A stretch of DNA of 64,000 nucleotides from an uncultured Planctomycetia bacterium (GTDB lineage: Bacteria > Omnitrophota > Gorgyraeia > 2-01-FULL-45-10), in NCBI GenBank assembly GCA_964433975.1, contig CAYSSS010000002.1, positions 34,441-98,440 on the forward strand, given 5' to 3'. Below are positions 28,501 through 38,100 of this stretch, in pieces. Numbering within the stretch: position 1 is the first letter of the stretch; each line of letters starts with the position of its first letter. Below the pieces are notes generated by a model. It did not search any database. It worked only from the letters and a program-made list of their open reading frames with translations, and had not been told where the DNA came from. The position numbers were made by a program, and so were the translations under genes.

Positions 28501-30438
28501 GAATGGAATGATGAATGGTGGAAAGACGGCAGCAACGCCATCCACAATGTCGCCAGCGGAACAAATTACAGCCAGCCGGATGGATATGCTGACGAAGAGT
28601 GGTTTGGCGTAGTGGGTATTGACCGCGCTCCGAAAACCTTATATAGCCAATTACAGACGAGATATCTCAACGGCCAATCCGCGGTAGTTTTAAATTCCAA
28701 TCCTACAATAACCGTAACATCCCAAGGCAACCAGTCCGGCGCTTCATCTTTTTCCGTCAACGGGAAGAGCGCCTTTTATAGGGCCGGAGGCGCCGGAGGC
28801 GGGCGAGGCATTAATGTAGCGATTTTAGACAGCCATACCGGGATAAGGATGGATGACGCGCGCACGTTCGACACGTGGACAGGGCAGGGAGGATTCGGCG
28901 GGCTTCATACGAACTTTCAGCAATTGATCGATTATTTGAACAGTCTACCCGATGGCACGGTGATATCGTTATCGATATGCGATGAAGGTGGTTTTACAAT
29001 GGTAGACGGCACACCGTGGCCGAATGACCCTTATGTGACAGCCGCTTATCAGACGCTGGAATCTCTGGGAAGCACCAAGATACGAAATGTTGGTTATTGG
29101 GGAGGCTGGGCGATGGTGACGGTAAAGGGGCAGGGGGTCGTAGCGGAGGCATATTCATCCCCGAATGCGCCGGTAATGATTCAGGCGCAGGTCTCGCTTA
29201 TGCTCGATCCGAATTATGGCAAGCGTTCGGCGCCACGCGCGCAGAATATGGAATCTACTGCCATTATTGCAGCCGTCAATAAAGAACTAGATCAGAAGAA
29301 AGAATGGATGTTTCCGGAATTATTCTCCATAGTACAATCCAAGGTTCCGGTATCTATGGCCGGCCTCACAAGCGCGCTGACGGATCTACAACCGCTGTCT
29401 CTTCATAGCGATCTGAATGCCGACATCATAGTAGATGCGGTAAAGCAGGCGGGAGAAAAATACGGTTTGTCGGAAGGCGAAACAGAGATCCTCCGTCTCG
29501 CGCTCCTAGGCCCGGGCCAGGGCGCCGGTGAGATAGCGCCGGAGGCCAAAGATCCGGACGCTGATGCGGCCCGGCTTGCCGACATAGTGAAGTCTTCGCT
29601 GAATGATGAGAGGGCGAAGTTCATTGCGGTGGGTAAGAAGGTTGCCGGGCATCTTGATAAAAACATGACTACAACCGAAATAACAGAGAGAGTGAACAGG
29701 GCTATATCCGCCATAGAGGCATTAGACAAGGAAAGTGTGTCGCCTGAAATGCTGGCGAGCACGCAGTTCTTAAAAAAGAACCTCAATCAATTCGAGGCGG
29801 ACGGGGGCGTCGGGTCGCTGATAATTCTCGCCAGGCGCGCGAAGAGGGAAGGCCAAAAACTTATAATAGGCCTTGAGACGGACTGGATACCCGGCGGTAA
29901 TACAGAACACAGCCTTCAGGAGAAAGCGATCTTTGCGCTCATGAATGAGATAGGCGATATAGGCGAAGCGCTGAAATCCATGGGTCTCGATAACGTAGAG
30001 ATCGTCCGCGGAAGCGCGGATAGTTTAGCCGATTCCCTGAAGATGGCGGCGGCAAAGACGGATAGATTCAACAATACCGGCATGCATAATATCGTCGTTA
30101 TGGCGTCGAAAGATACGATAGCTTCAGAAAGCTTCAGAGAATTCAGAAACGCCGGCGAAAAAGATAAACCGTTCCTGACAGGCATAGACCCGACGGAGCT
30201 TATAAAGTTATACGAAAAGTACGGCGAATCGATCAGTAATCAGCTTCATATAAAGCTGGCGGCATGGCTTTATCTGACCCTGGAAGTTGCCGCCGGGAAA
30301 GAACCGCCAAATCTGTCATGGATAAAATACGACAGCACGGCGAGGATATTACTACTGATGCCCGGCGCGGAAATAATAGATTATGAGTTGCTTAAAAACA
30401 CCTATGCAGCTGAAAAAGCGGCATTGGCAGCAGCTTAG
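25507..30438 (+). CDS. Large (1,643 aa) exported multidomain protein: NDK, LEPR-XLL motif, clan GH-A glycoside hydrolase, FAM3/ILEI-type domain, shared C-terminal domain
   Basis: GTG 25507 lies 6 nt after the SD GGAGGG and 21 nt after the HD-GYP stop. Signal peptide IFRIISLILITTFIALDISWA|YP. Domain motifs are in the sub-features. C-terminal tail RILLLMPGAEIIDYELLKNTYAAEKAALAAA, then TAG 30436-30438. Confidence 0.92.
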   Translation: MGDSNIKPIFRIISLILITTFIALDISWAYPPDPSVRNSTLAAPSLLQQEPINDLAARRQQSTISDGTILGAVCSIAKFLLEEKIKLKHLDQVLTRELGSAVQGMDLSRVMVQENGVVLIPCKIEGKERIIQVALKDNAAVKDLKGREWPVLDKYVVKELPEDHKDPEKIVKEERLSFVMIKPDGIAEKDLIIEKLEKRLKTDGGRIVKIFDPVRLDEAKAREFYREHMELPFFRGLVTYIQSGMVIPILVQSGKIDAIKNVRDDVVGPTMGIIKTTGAVAVGTIRGDLMADADRRAQPIPNRIHASDSVANVVREANLVIGKDTFTEALRDLVQEPIIREGLDVQKKSGSLYEDIIASIKQDLDRRGEVSFEELFDLVQSLVPSSMENLHKALVKLKPLSERKDGVEDTEILTAIARAKKDYGLSDRETEILRLAFLGTGQGMSPRFEELEPRVLLSGGTNTAVEDNPVYNTMTTAIVANNFDYSSNDTVRASNETLSVNLVSKTAVVTRSDGGTATFTKIALVNTAVSPVPKKLLRAGDYTDSLGRAWSVYGRLSELKGFKDAAGTPIDMTTKKIVVFTYADSVQKLFSKASVYDRSGVLSLPRQSALTSINIGGRDLNIYGTFSAFKNAKYTVTRKNLKITIVNRSNSRDKKTFSVGPKRSILSEMNLTADYLYYTVRTNGVSKLKSFDLHTGAPLATISPVDVNTHPAVPAQPSLVSVQSGDRRLFVRDRLPDGTLGQQYALISKGVNWSPASIGMDPAAITQEFVKWYQADIPLMAQMGINVVRVYHDFGTGQDAMNILDMFYNYGIKVIMTVDSPQHGVIADMNNISTVVDAYKNHPAILMWAIGNEWDINNYYGTFTSLEQSAQFTEQAAQLIKSLDSNHPVTSVIGDIDRSGASPLSTANNIVNNLVPDIDVWGINVYRGLSLGVVFQQWRTISQKPMLIAEFGADSYDHRINGQNQAMQASMDTGIWDEVFFDLSAERTDGATVGVLAFEWNDEWWKDGSNAIHNVASGTNYSQPDGYADEEWFGVVGIDRAPKTLYSQLQTRYLNGQSAVVLNSNPTITVTSQGNQSGASSFSVNGKSAFYRAGGAGGGRGINVAILDSHTGIRMDDARTFDTWTGQGGFGGLHTNFQQLIDYLNSLPDGTVISLSICDEGGFTMVDGTPWPNDPYVTAAYQTLESLGSTKIRNVGYWGGWAMVTVKGQGVVAEAYSSPNAPVMIQAQVSLMLDPNYGKRSAPRAQNMESTAIIAAVNKELDQKKEWMFPELFSIVQSKVPVSMAGLTSALTDLQPLSLHSDLNADIIVDAVKQAGEKYGLSEGETEILRLALLGPGQGAGEIAPEAKDPDADAARLADIVKSSLNDERAKFIAVGKKVAGHLDKNMTTTEITERVNRAISAIEALDKESVSPEMLASTQFLKKNLNQFEADGGVGSLIILARRAKREGQKLIIGLETDWIPGGNTEHSLQEKAIFALMNEIGDIGEALKSMGLDNVEIVRGSADSLADSLKMAAAKTDRFNNTGMHNIVVMASKDTIASESFREFRNAGEKDKPFLTGIDPTELIKLYEKYGESISNQLHIKLAAWLYLTLEVAAGKEPPNLSWIKYDSTARILLLMPGAEIIDYELLKNTYAAEKAALAAA
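26029..26475 (+). other. Nucleoside-diphosphate kinase (NDK) domain
   Basis: RLSFVMIKPDG...AREFYREHMELPFFRGLVTYIQSGMVIPILV...GTIRGDL...NRIHASDSVANVVREANL. The catalytic His codon is at 26419-26421 within the NxxH[GA]SDS signature. Confidence 0.85.
26557..26845 (+). repeat. Intragenic ~95-aa protein repeat, copy 1 (ends in YGLSDRETEILRLAFLGTGQG), immediately followed by ELEPRVLLSG
   Basis: IIASIKQDLDRRGEVSFEELFDLVQSLVPSSMENLHKALVKLKPLS...AKKDYGLSDRETEILRLAFLGTGQG aligns without large gaps to copy 2 at 29253-29535. Confidence 0.7.
27730..28670 (+). other. Clan GH-A (beta/alpha)8 glycoside-hydrolase domain (GH5/GH2-TIM-like)
   Basis: KGVNWSP...GINVVRVYHDF...NHPAILMWAIGNEWD (candidate acid/base NE, 28058-28069)...DVWGINVY...PMLIAEFGADSY (candidate nucleophile E, 28351-28362)...LAFEWNDEWWK. 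Confidence 0.7.
28770..29170 (+). other. FAM3 / ILEI (PANDER-like, GG-type) domain
   Basis: GRGINVAILDSHTGIRMDDARTFDTW...LIDYLNSLPDGTVISLSICDEGG...AAYQTLESLGSTKIRNVGYWGGWAMVTVKGQG. This is colinear with FAM3C as I remember it: [25 protein letters not shown]...FLKAIQDGTIVLMGTYDDG...[26 protein letters not shown]. Confidence 0.75.
29253..29535 (+). repeat. Intragenic ~95-aa protein repeat, copy 2 (ends in YGLSEGETEILRLALLGPGQG)
   Basis: IIAAVNKELDQKKEWMFPELFSIVQSKVPVSMAGLTSALTDLQPLS...AGEKYGLSEGETEILRLALLGPGQG. It pairs with copy 1, and together the two copies bracket the hydrolase and ILEI section. Confidence 0.7.
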
Positions 30439-30468
30439 TTAAAAAACAAAAAAGTTTGCTTATTCTCG

Positions 30469-30496
30469 TTGACATTGTCCTATTGTTTGATATACT
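30469..30496 (+). promoter_or_regulatory. Sigma70-type extended -10 promoter for the 30566 gene
   Basis: TTGACA (30469-30474), 16-nt spacer ending in TGa (30488-30490), then TATACT (30491-30496). It is followed by an A/C-rich leader (aacaaacgtaagcaaacaaaaag...) and the SD GGAGG (30555-30559). Confidence 0.6.
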
Positions 30497-30565
30497 TATT
30501 AACAAACGTAAGCAAACAAAAAGTAAGTAATTGCAACTCACAGCCAAGACTTACGGAGGTAACGA

Positions 30566-32150
30566 GTGATTTTACCAAGACTAACTACAATGGCGCGGCT
30601 TAAAAAGGTCGTGGCTATAGTTTTACTGCCCACGTTTATTCTCTCCAACATTGCGTTTGCTGAGACATCAAAAGTTGCCACGACAAATACGCCTTCTAAG
30701 CCCGTAGAGACAGTTACCAACCCGGATAAGATAGTAATTCCCCGTGATTATGGTTTGGTAAAATCCAGATATACCGCCAAAGACTCTAACAGGCTTATTG
30801 TGCACATCCAGGATGCCCATTGCAATTATGAGGCCCAGTCAAATATCATAAAGATACTGGAATGTCTCGTAAAGAACGACGGCTTGAGCCTCGTATCGGT
30901 GGAAGGCGCGGACGGATTCATTGACACATCATGGTTCAAGGCATTCCCGGACAAAGACATAAGAAAAGAAGTCGCCGACTACTTCATGAAAAAAGGCGAG
31001 ATAACCGGGCCTGAATTCCTCTCCATAACCACAAATTCCAATATAAGGCTATTCGGCGCCGAAACGCGCTCGTACTATATAGAAAATCTGAACGCCTTCA
31101 CCTCAAGCTACCCTCTCAAAGAAGATACCGAAAAGTATTTCAATCAGATAAAGGCTGTCCTTAATAAACTTAAAGCCTACATATACAGCGAAGAATTGAA
31201 GGAACTTGACTTAAAGAGTCAGGACTACGAATCGAAAAAGTTGTCATTTACTGACTATGTCAAGTATTTGGAAACTCTGGGCTCCAGATATAAAGTAGCC
31301 GTAAGGCCGTACGAAAACCTGTTCAAGCTGATAAGCGTCCTTGTCTATGAGAAGAAGATAGATTTTAACGTTGTCGATAAGGAACGCGCCGCCGTCATTG
31401 ATACGATCACTAAGAAGCTCGACAAGGAGAGCCTGACGGAGCTCGTCAATAAGTCGCTCGAATTCAAGTCCGGAAAGATCTCCTCGGCCGAATATTACGA
31501 TTATCTAAGGGCGCTTGCCGTGAAATACGGGATCTCTCTCTCGTCGGAATATCCGAACCTCTTCAACTACATAATCTATAATCCCGTATATTCCAGGATA
31601 GAGAATGAGCATCTCTTCGACGATATAAAGAAGTTCGAAGAAGCCCTGAAAGAGAAGATCTTCGCCAATAATGACCAGAGAGAGCTCGAGAGGCTGTCCA
31701 GGCACATAAATACGCTCCTTGGCCTGGCCAATATAAAGTTATTAAACGGCGATTTCGATTACTACAAAGAGCACAGGGACGAATTCAGCCATGAAGCGTT
31801 TGCCTCCTTTATAAACAAGATGTCTGGGCGCTATGGATTTGCGTATGAAGTAGACCAGCCATCCGAGGCCGTAAAAGAGAGCATGCCGAAACTCGAAGAC
31901 TTTTATTCCATAGCGATAAAGCGCGATAAGGCGCTGGTCGATAATACGCTCAACGCGATGAATAAGGAAGACGCCCGCATTTCCGTGCTGGTGACCGGAG
32001 GCTTCCATTCCGAAGGCATAACCAAGCTATTGGAAAAACAGGGCGTGTCATATATAGTGATATGCCCCAACATCACGAAAGAAGTAGAGACGCCTTACAT
32101 CAAGATACTTACGAACCAGCGCACGCCGCTGGAAGAGATACTCTCGGATA
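30566..32150 (+). other. Shared N-terminal module, copy B (divergent)
   Basis: LIVHIQDAHCNYEAQSNIIKILECLVKNDGLSLVSVEGADGFIDTSWFKAFPDKDIRKEVADYFMKKGEITGPEF ... ISVLVTGGFHSEGITKLLEKQGVSYIVICPNI...PYIKILTNQRTP. The motif order matches copies A and C. Confidence 0.7.
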
Positions 32151-35100
32151 CGGGAGCTACAGCCGACACGAAAAGTGTCAAGGGCAATATGCTCGCGCCG
32201 TTTTCGATAGCGTGGGCGATAGGGCTTGACGAAAAACAATTAAACAGGGTCAGCCAGGCAGTTTTACGGTCTGATTTACATGGTACAACCATTGCGATGA
32301 AAGACCGATGGCTTGGGCTCAATCTCAAGAATTGGATCTACCGGGCGCTTCAATATGCTAAGAAATACAATATTCCTGCCGATAAAGAGATCGTCAGGAA
32401 CGCGTATATTGCGGCTATGAGGCAAACGGCAGGAACGCTTAAAAATTTCGTTCATGACAAAACAGAACGCATTATCGCTGACCCGAATTTCAAGAGCGTG
32501 TTCGACGAGGTATTCGATACCTTCCAGAATCCAGCGCAGGATAAACCGGCGCAAGGCGAAGTAAAGGCGCCGGATACGAGCGTGAGAGAGAAGAGTGTCA
32601 AGGCAACGCTAGGCGACGATAGTATCGATCCGATCATAAGGGACTACAAAACTAAGAAAACCACTATATGGGATGACGGAAAATCAACGACGGGCAACGC
32701 CGGATACATTCAGATAATAACCCTTTTGAAAAGTATCGTAAACGATCTGGATGATGAAGTTTTCCGATCCATATTGGAAGACGGACTTATTAATGCTGGT
32801 TCAGACGAGCGATTAATAAATGCTTTTACAAAAGAGAATCTCCTAAAAAATCTAGAGCCTAGTTCCGACTTTAAGGTAATCCTCGTACAGCCGAAAGACC
32901 AGATCCCCGGCATACGCATCCCGGGCATACTCATGACCAGGCCGGGATCCAACTTCGGGCACTACAGCCTCAACAATAAATGCATATATACAGGCCAAAC
33001 TGAAATTGATGAATTGTTGGCAGATGGCTCTTCTGAATCACTGAGAGAAGCGGCTACCCTTCTTATGCATGAATTAGCCGAATATACGGTTCGGAGCATT
33101 GCGGCACCGGGGACAAAAGCGGAACATGGGGAAGATGCAGGTGATATATCATTAAAAGTGCATCGCATAGCCGAACTGTTAGAGAGGCGCATAGTCGGGC
33201 CTTCAAAAATACACAAAGACGATAATATCCTTAGCGCTCTTGACGATACCCTGGAAATAAGGACCATGACATATTTCGACTCGATAACGCCGCATCTGCT
33301 GGAAGAGGCCAAAAAGATGTTTAATCTTAAGGATGTAGATGTGATGTATCTTGGTCAAATATGGTCACAGTACCTTAAAAGAAATAAACCATCGCCCAAG
33401 ATAATAACAGACCTTTCCATAATACAGCATCCTAAATATGATCCTGACGGCATCGATCCTAACTTCATACTCATGTCAATGTTGTTAGAGTTGGCTCCGG
33501 CTGAGAGGGCAAGATTAGGCCTGACCGAAGAAGCGATGGAGAAATTAATAGCTAAAGAATACCCGAAATTAAAGACTGAAACAAATAGGCTAAAAGCGGC
33601 GAATGATATTGTGCTTACAATCAACTCCCTTGACGGCGGCATAGGCGAGAATTTCGGCCGTCTTAAATGGCTTCAGGAACGTGCTAAGGCAGCCGGCAAG
33701 TCACCCAAAGAGATTAAAAACATAAGAATGACAGCCAAGGGGACAGATATCGGTTTCGATGTAGAATATAAAGGTAAAAAAGAGTTCGTAAGCATAGCGG
33801 AACTTAAACTAATGCAGGTCATTGAGTTGGCAAGGCAGTGTAAGTTCCTTCATATAAGGTTCCAGCCTCTCGTCAACTGGCAGTCAAAGGAAGCCTACGA
33901 TACATTGTTGAATACCTATTGCCTGGATGACCGCGTTGATGACCGCGTTGATGACGGGAAGAAAAGTAAAAAGACTTACGGCAGGGTCATGCAGGAATTA
34001 GGCATAAACATCCTTGATATGATTGAGCAGGCGGACCTGCCGGCAGTCAAAAAAAACATGGGCAATATATCATTGTCCCCGCACGCGACACGTCAACCCG
34101 GCGGCCACGGCCAATTTGGATTCCTGTTTTTATACGATTCCTTTTTTAATAGCGCACTGGATACCCAGAAAGAGGACGGCAAGACACACATACGCGTTTT
34201 CTATAATGGAGATAATCCGAATAGCCATGCCGATCCTTATGTAGCGGGCGAAATGGCACGTAAGCATTGGCCTATAGTAAAATTAACTACGCTTGCCATG
34301 CCGATAGATAAGAAAGGCGGCAAGGACGGAGTCAGGGTCATAAAAGAGGGAAATGAAATAACCTTTGTGCCGGCCCAAATGGAAGAAGGGGACGCAAAGA
34401 GCGCGAAACAATTGCCCGTATTTCATAAGGCAGGGCTGCCGGGAGGTTTAGGGAAATCCGGACAACAGCCTTTCAACACGAATATATTTTATATAAATAC
34501 TACCGTTCTTCATGACATCCTGAAAGAATTACTGGAATTAAGAGACGGTAATGGTAAGGAGATCATAACGAAAGAGGAGTTTTGCAGGATCATAAGCCCC
34601 ACTCTTATTGATAAGGCGGGAAAGGTAAGCACTGACGGAAGAGAATACATACCGCTTGACGGCGCGATAGGGACCGCAATGCTTAATCTCAACGAATTCT
34701 TCCTGACTAGCAAGGATCCGAGAGTTAAAGATATTCTGAGCCCATATGGTATAGACCGGATAGTTTATTGCGTGAATGTGCCTAGGACAGAGTTTTTCAC
34801 GCCTAATAAGACATGTTCTGACGGATGGATGCAGTTCTATAGTGACTATTATACCCGTTTGGATACTACCGACTGGATGCTGCACGACCGAGAAGGAAAA
34901 ACCGAACCTCCTGAATTTGATGTAATTGATGACGAAATGTACTGGAATGAATTGCAGAACCTGGTAGATTCATTTGGTAATGCTAGTGTCAGGGGCCCTG
35001 AAGGATCGAACCTGGTCCTGAAATCGCTAAGGATAAGAGGGGCAGTCAAGCTTAAAGACGCGCAACTTACCGGGGATGTTGTAATAATAAATAAGAGCGA

Positions 35101-38100
35101 TAAAAATGTCGATCTGACAAAGGCCAATGAGCTAGCATCTTACCTTCAAGGCAGTAGATTAGCATTAAACGATATACTGATCATTGTGGAAAAAGATGGC
35201 ACTATCACTTATAGATCTCTGGCGGAGTTATATGAACATGACGAAAACACGGTCAAAGGCATCCTTGTCGATCTCGGCGTCCCGCAAGGGGTGATAGATT
35301 TTATGCTGATAAGCATGGCAGCGGCGAAATTAAGCGCTGAGAGAAACGGTACCGGCGCGATACGTGGGAAGGGCGGAGAGCTTACCCTCACCGAACATGG
35401 CACGAGAACTTATGGCATATCCGCGTCACAGGTTCTGCTAGCAAATGAAATGAAGGGCGAGGCGACCGTAAATGGCGCCATAGCGAAACTCGTGATGGCT
35501 AAAAAAGCCTTTACATTTCTCCCTGATTATCAGAGGCTTATCAGCTCCGACAAAATTCTGCCGGTATGGGAATGCGGCTTAAACTCTTTAAACGATACTC
35601 AGGAAGACAATGTCGCTCAACTCTATAAAATTATCGGGAAATCGGGGTTAAATTTTGTTATAATCAAAGGCCTGAGAAAAGAGATAGAGGCCCGGGTGCC
35701 GAGCGCGGCGGATCTGATATTCCATCCGGGCGTCACAAGGAAGTACGTATATATGGATGAGAATGACTTCCTTCATCTTCTGTTGTTTTCCAACGGCGTG
35801 GAGCTGATAAGAGAGGCGCTGGAACACGAAAAAGCGGATATCGACAATCCGGGGTTATCCGAAGAGGCGATCGAAAAAATAGCGCCGACGAATAATGTGA
35901 GGTTAGCATTGAAGATGAAAGATTTGAATGTAAAGGCGTTGTTACGCACCGCAAAGACGGAAGTAGAAAAATATCTCACAGCGCAGCATGACTCCAGGGA
36001 AATAACCGACGAGATATATGAAAGTGCAAAGGCCACCTACAAGAACCTTGAAGCGTGGGTCACGGATGAGCATATAAACAGGGTATCTCCGATGACCAGG
36101 CTGGCTATACTTGATGCAATTAAACAAGCCATCCAGGATGGTAACTGGTTTGACATAGTGGATGTATTCAGGCAGGATGTCACATTCGGCACCGCCGGTA
36201 TACGTGAAAAAGCCGCGCTTACGGAAGAAGCGCTCAAAAAACTGGCTCAATACGGGCCCGGAGCCGGTATCTTGAAAGGACCCAACACGATAAATGACAT
36301 AGTGTTGCTGATAAAGACGGCAGGCGTGATTCAATACGCTAAAAAGAACGGACTGCATAAGGTAGCTATCGGTTATGACAGCCGTATCGCCGGAAAACAG
36401 TTCGCGGAGCTTATAGCGCAATCTTTCCTGGCGCATTCCACAAAAGGCCACGAATTCACCATTTATATGTTTGACGAAGCGAGCCCGTTCCCGGAGCTTT
36501 CGTTCGCTGTCACTACGAAAAACGTCAGGGCAGATCTTGGCATATTGATCTCCGCCAGCCACAACCCCTCAAATTATAACGGCTACAAGATCACCAACTA
36601 TACAGGCATGCAGCTTGCAGGCAACATGAGAGATGCCATTGTAGACGCTATTAAAGGAGTGACAACAAAAGATATACAATTGAAACCGATTGAGGAAGCC
36701 AAAGACGGCCAACTGATATGGTTGGGCGGCAAAGAACGCATCGTCGGCAAGGATTATAAAGACGGAAAATACCACAGACAGTTGATAGATATGCACACTT
36801 TACACGTAGAGCAGGTTAAGAAGTTCATCATTGATAGAGACGTAGTCAGGCAATACGCTCCCCGGGTAAAAGTAGGATATGCCGCATTTAATGGCGCAGG
36901 ATACAGGGCAGTCCCGAGGTTATTACAAGAACTGGGTTTTACGGATACCAAAGTCATAAGTTCGTTGCAAGAAATGAATGGCATGTTTCCGGCGTTTGGT
37001 TGGGGTGAACAGCCGGACCCCGGAGACCCTATATCCGCCGACATAGCCGTGCGTGAATTTGTAAAAGAACACGGGCAGCGGGCATTCGATGACCTTGATA
37101 TATTGATCGGCACGGATCCGGATGCTGACAGGGCCGGATTGATAGTTAAGGTCCCGGAGCCGCAGCAGAAATTTTTTGGTAAATATAAACTATTATCAGC
37201 GAATGACGCGTGGACGCTTCTTTTGTGGTACCGGATGCAGCGTGAGACCGAACTTAACGGCGGAAAATTACCGGACGCCGGCAACAAATATATCACATTT
37301 TCACATGTTACCACCGACGCGCTGGAGCGGGTAGGAAAATTGTTTGGCGTGGATTCATTGGGTGAGATGAAGAATAAGGAAGGCGAAGAGGCCGGTGACT
37401 ACCTTAACGGTAAACGTTCATGGGTCGGGTTCAGCCTGATAGCCGAATTCTGCCAAGAAGCGCGTGCTGCCGGTAAGACTAATCTTGGCGGCGCGGAAGA
37501 GAGCAACGGCTTCAGTATCCTCGGAGGGCCTATAGCACAAGGTGAGATCCTGGCGAATGACGGCCACGTTAATGATAAGGACGGGGCGTTCGCAGCTTTA
37601 CTGCTGGCGGAAGTCACGGCGTACGCGAAATCTAAAGGAACAACATTATTTGGATTATTAGACAATATATACCTTAACCCTGGCGTGGGTTATTTTGCCA
37701 CAGCCAATAAGCCAATGCCGAGGGTGGGCGCTTTTAAAGGCGCGGAAGGTATTACGAAGAAGATGAATTTATTGAAACAGGCGCAGGCCTGGATGAAAGA
37801 GGCCAATGGGAAGGTAGGCACAGGAAGTCCGTTCATGTTGGCCGGTTTGCCGGTGATAGGCGCTATTGAGTTCAAAACAGCGAAATATGACGAACAGCAT
37901 TATGCGGGGTTTCCGGATGAAGGCATAAGATTTTTCTTTGCCGACCCTGATTTAAAACCGGGAGACCCGTTTACGAAGAGCAGAAACTATATTACGATAA
38001 GGCCGGCAGGTACGTCACAAACCCTGCGTTTTTATGTTCAGCTCTTTGCAGACGACATTGATGGACAGAATATCGGGAACGTCAAATATAGAGATATGAG

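Noticed and set aside
33065-33085. MHELAEY in the 30566 protein, considered as a zinc-metalloprotease HExxH motif.
   Set aside because: The sequence is H-E-L-A-E, so the second His is missing. It is not an HExxH site, and there is no downstream third-ligand motif.
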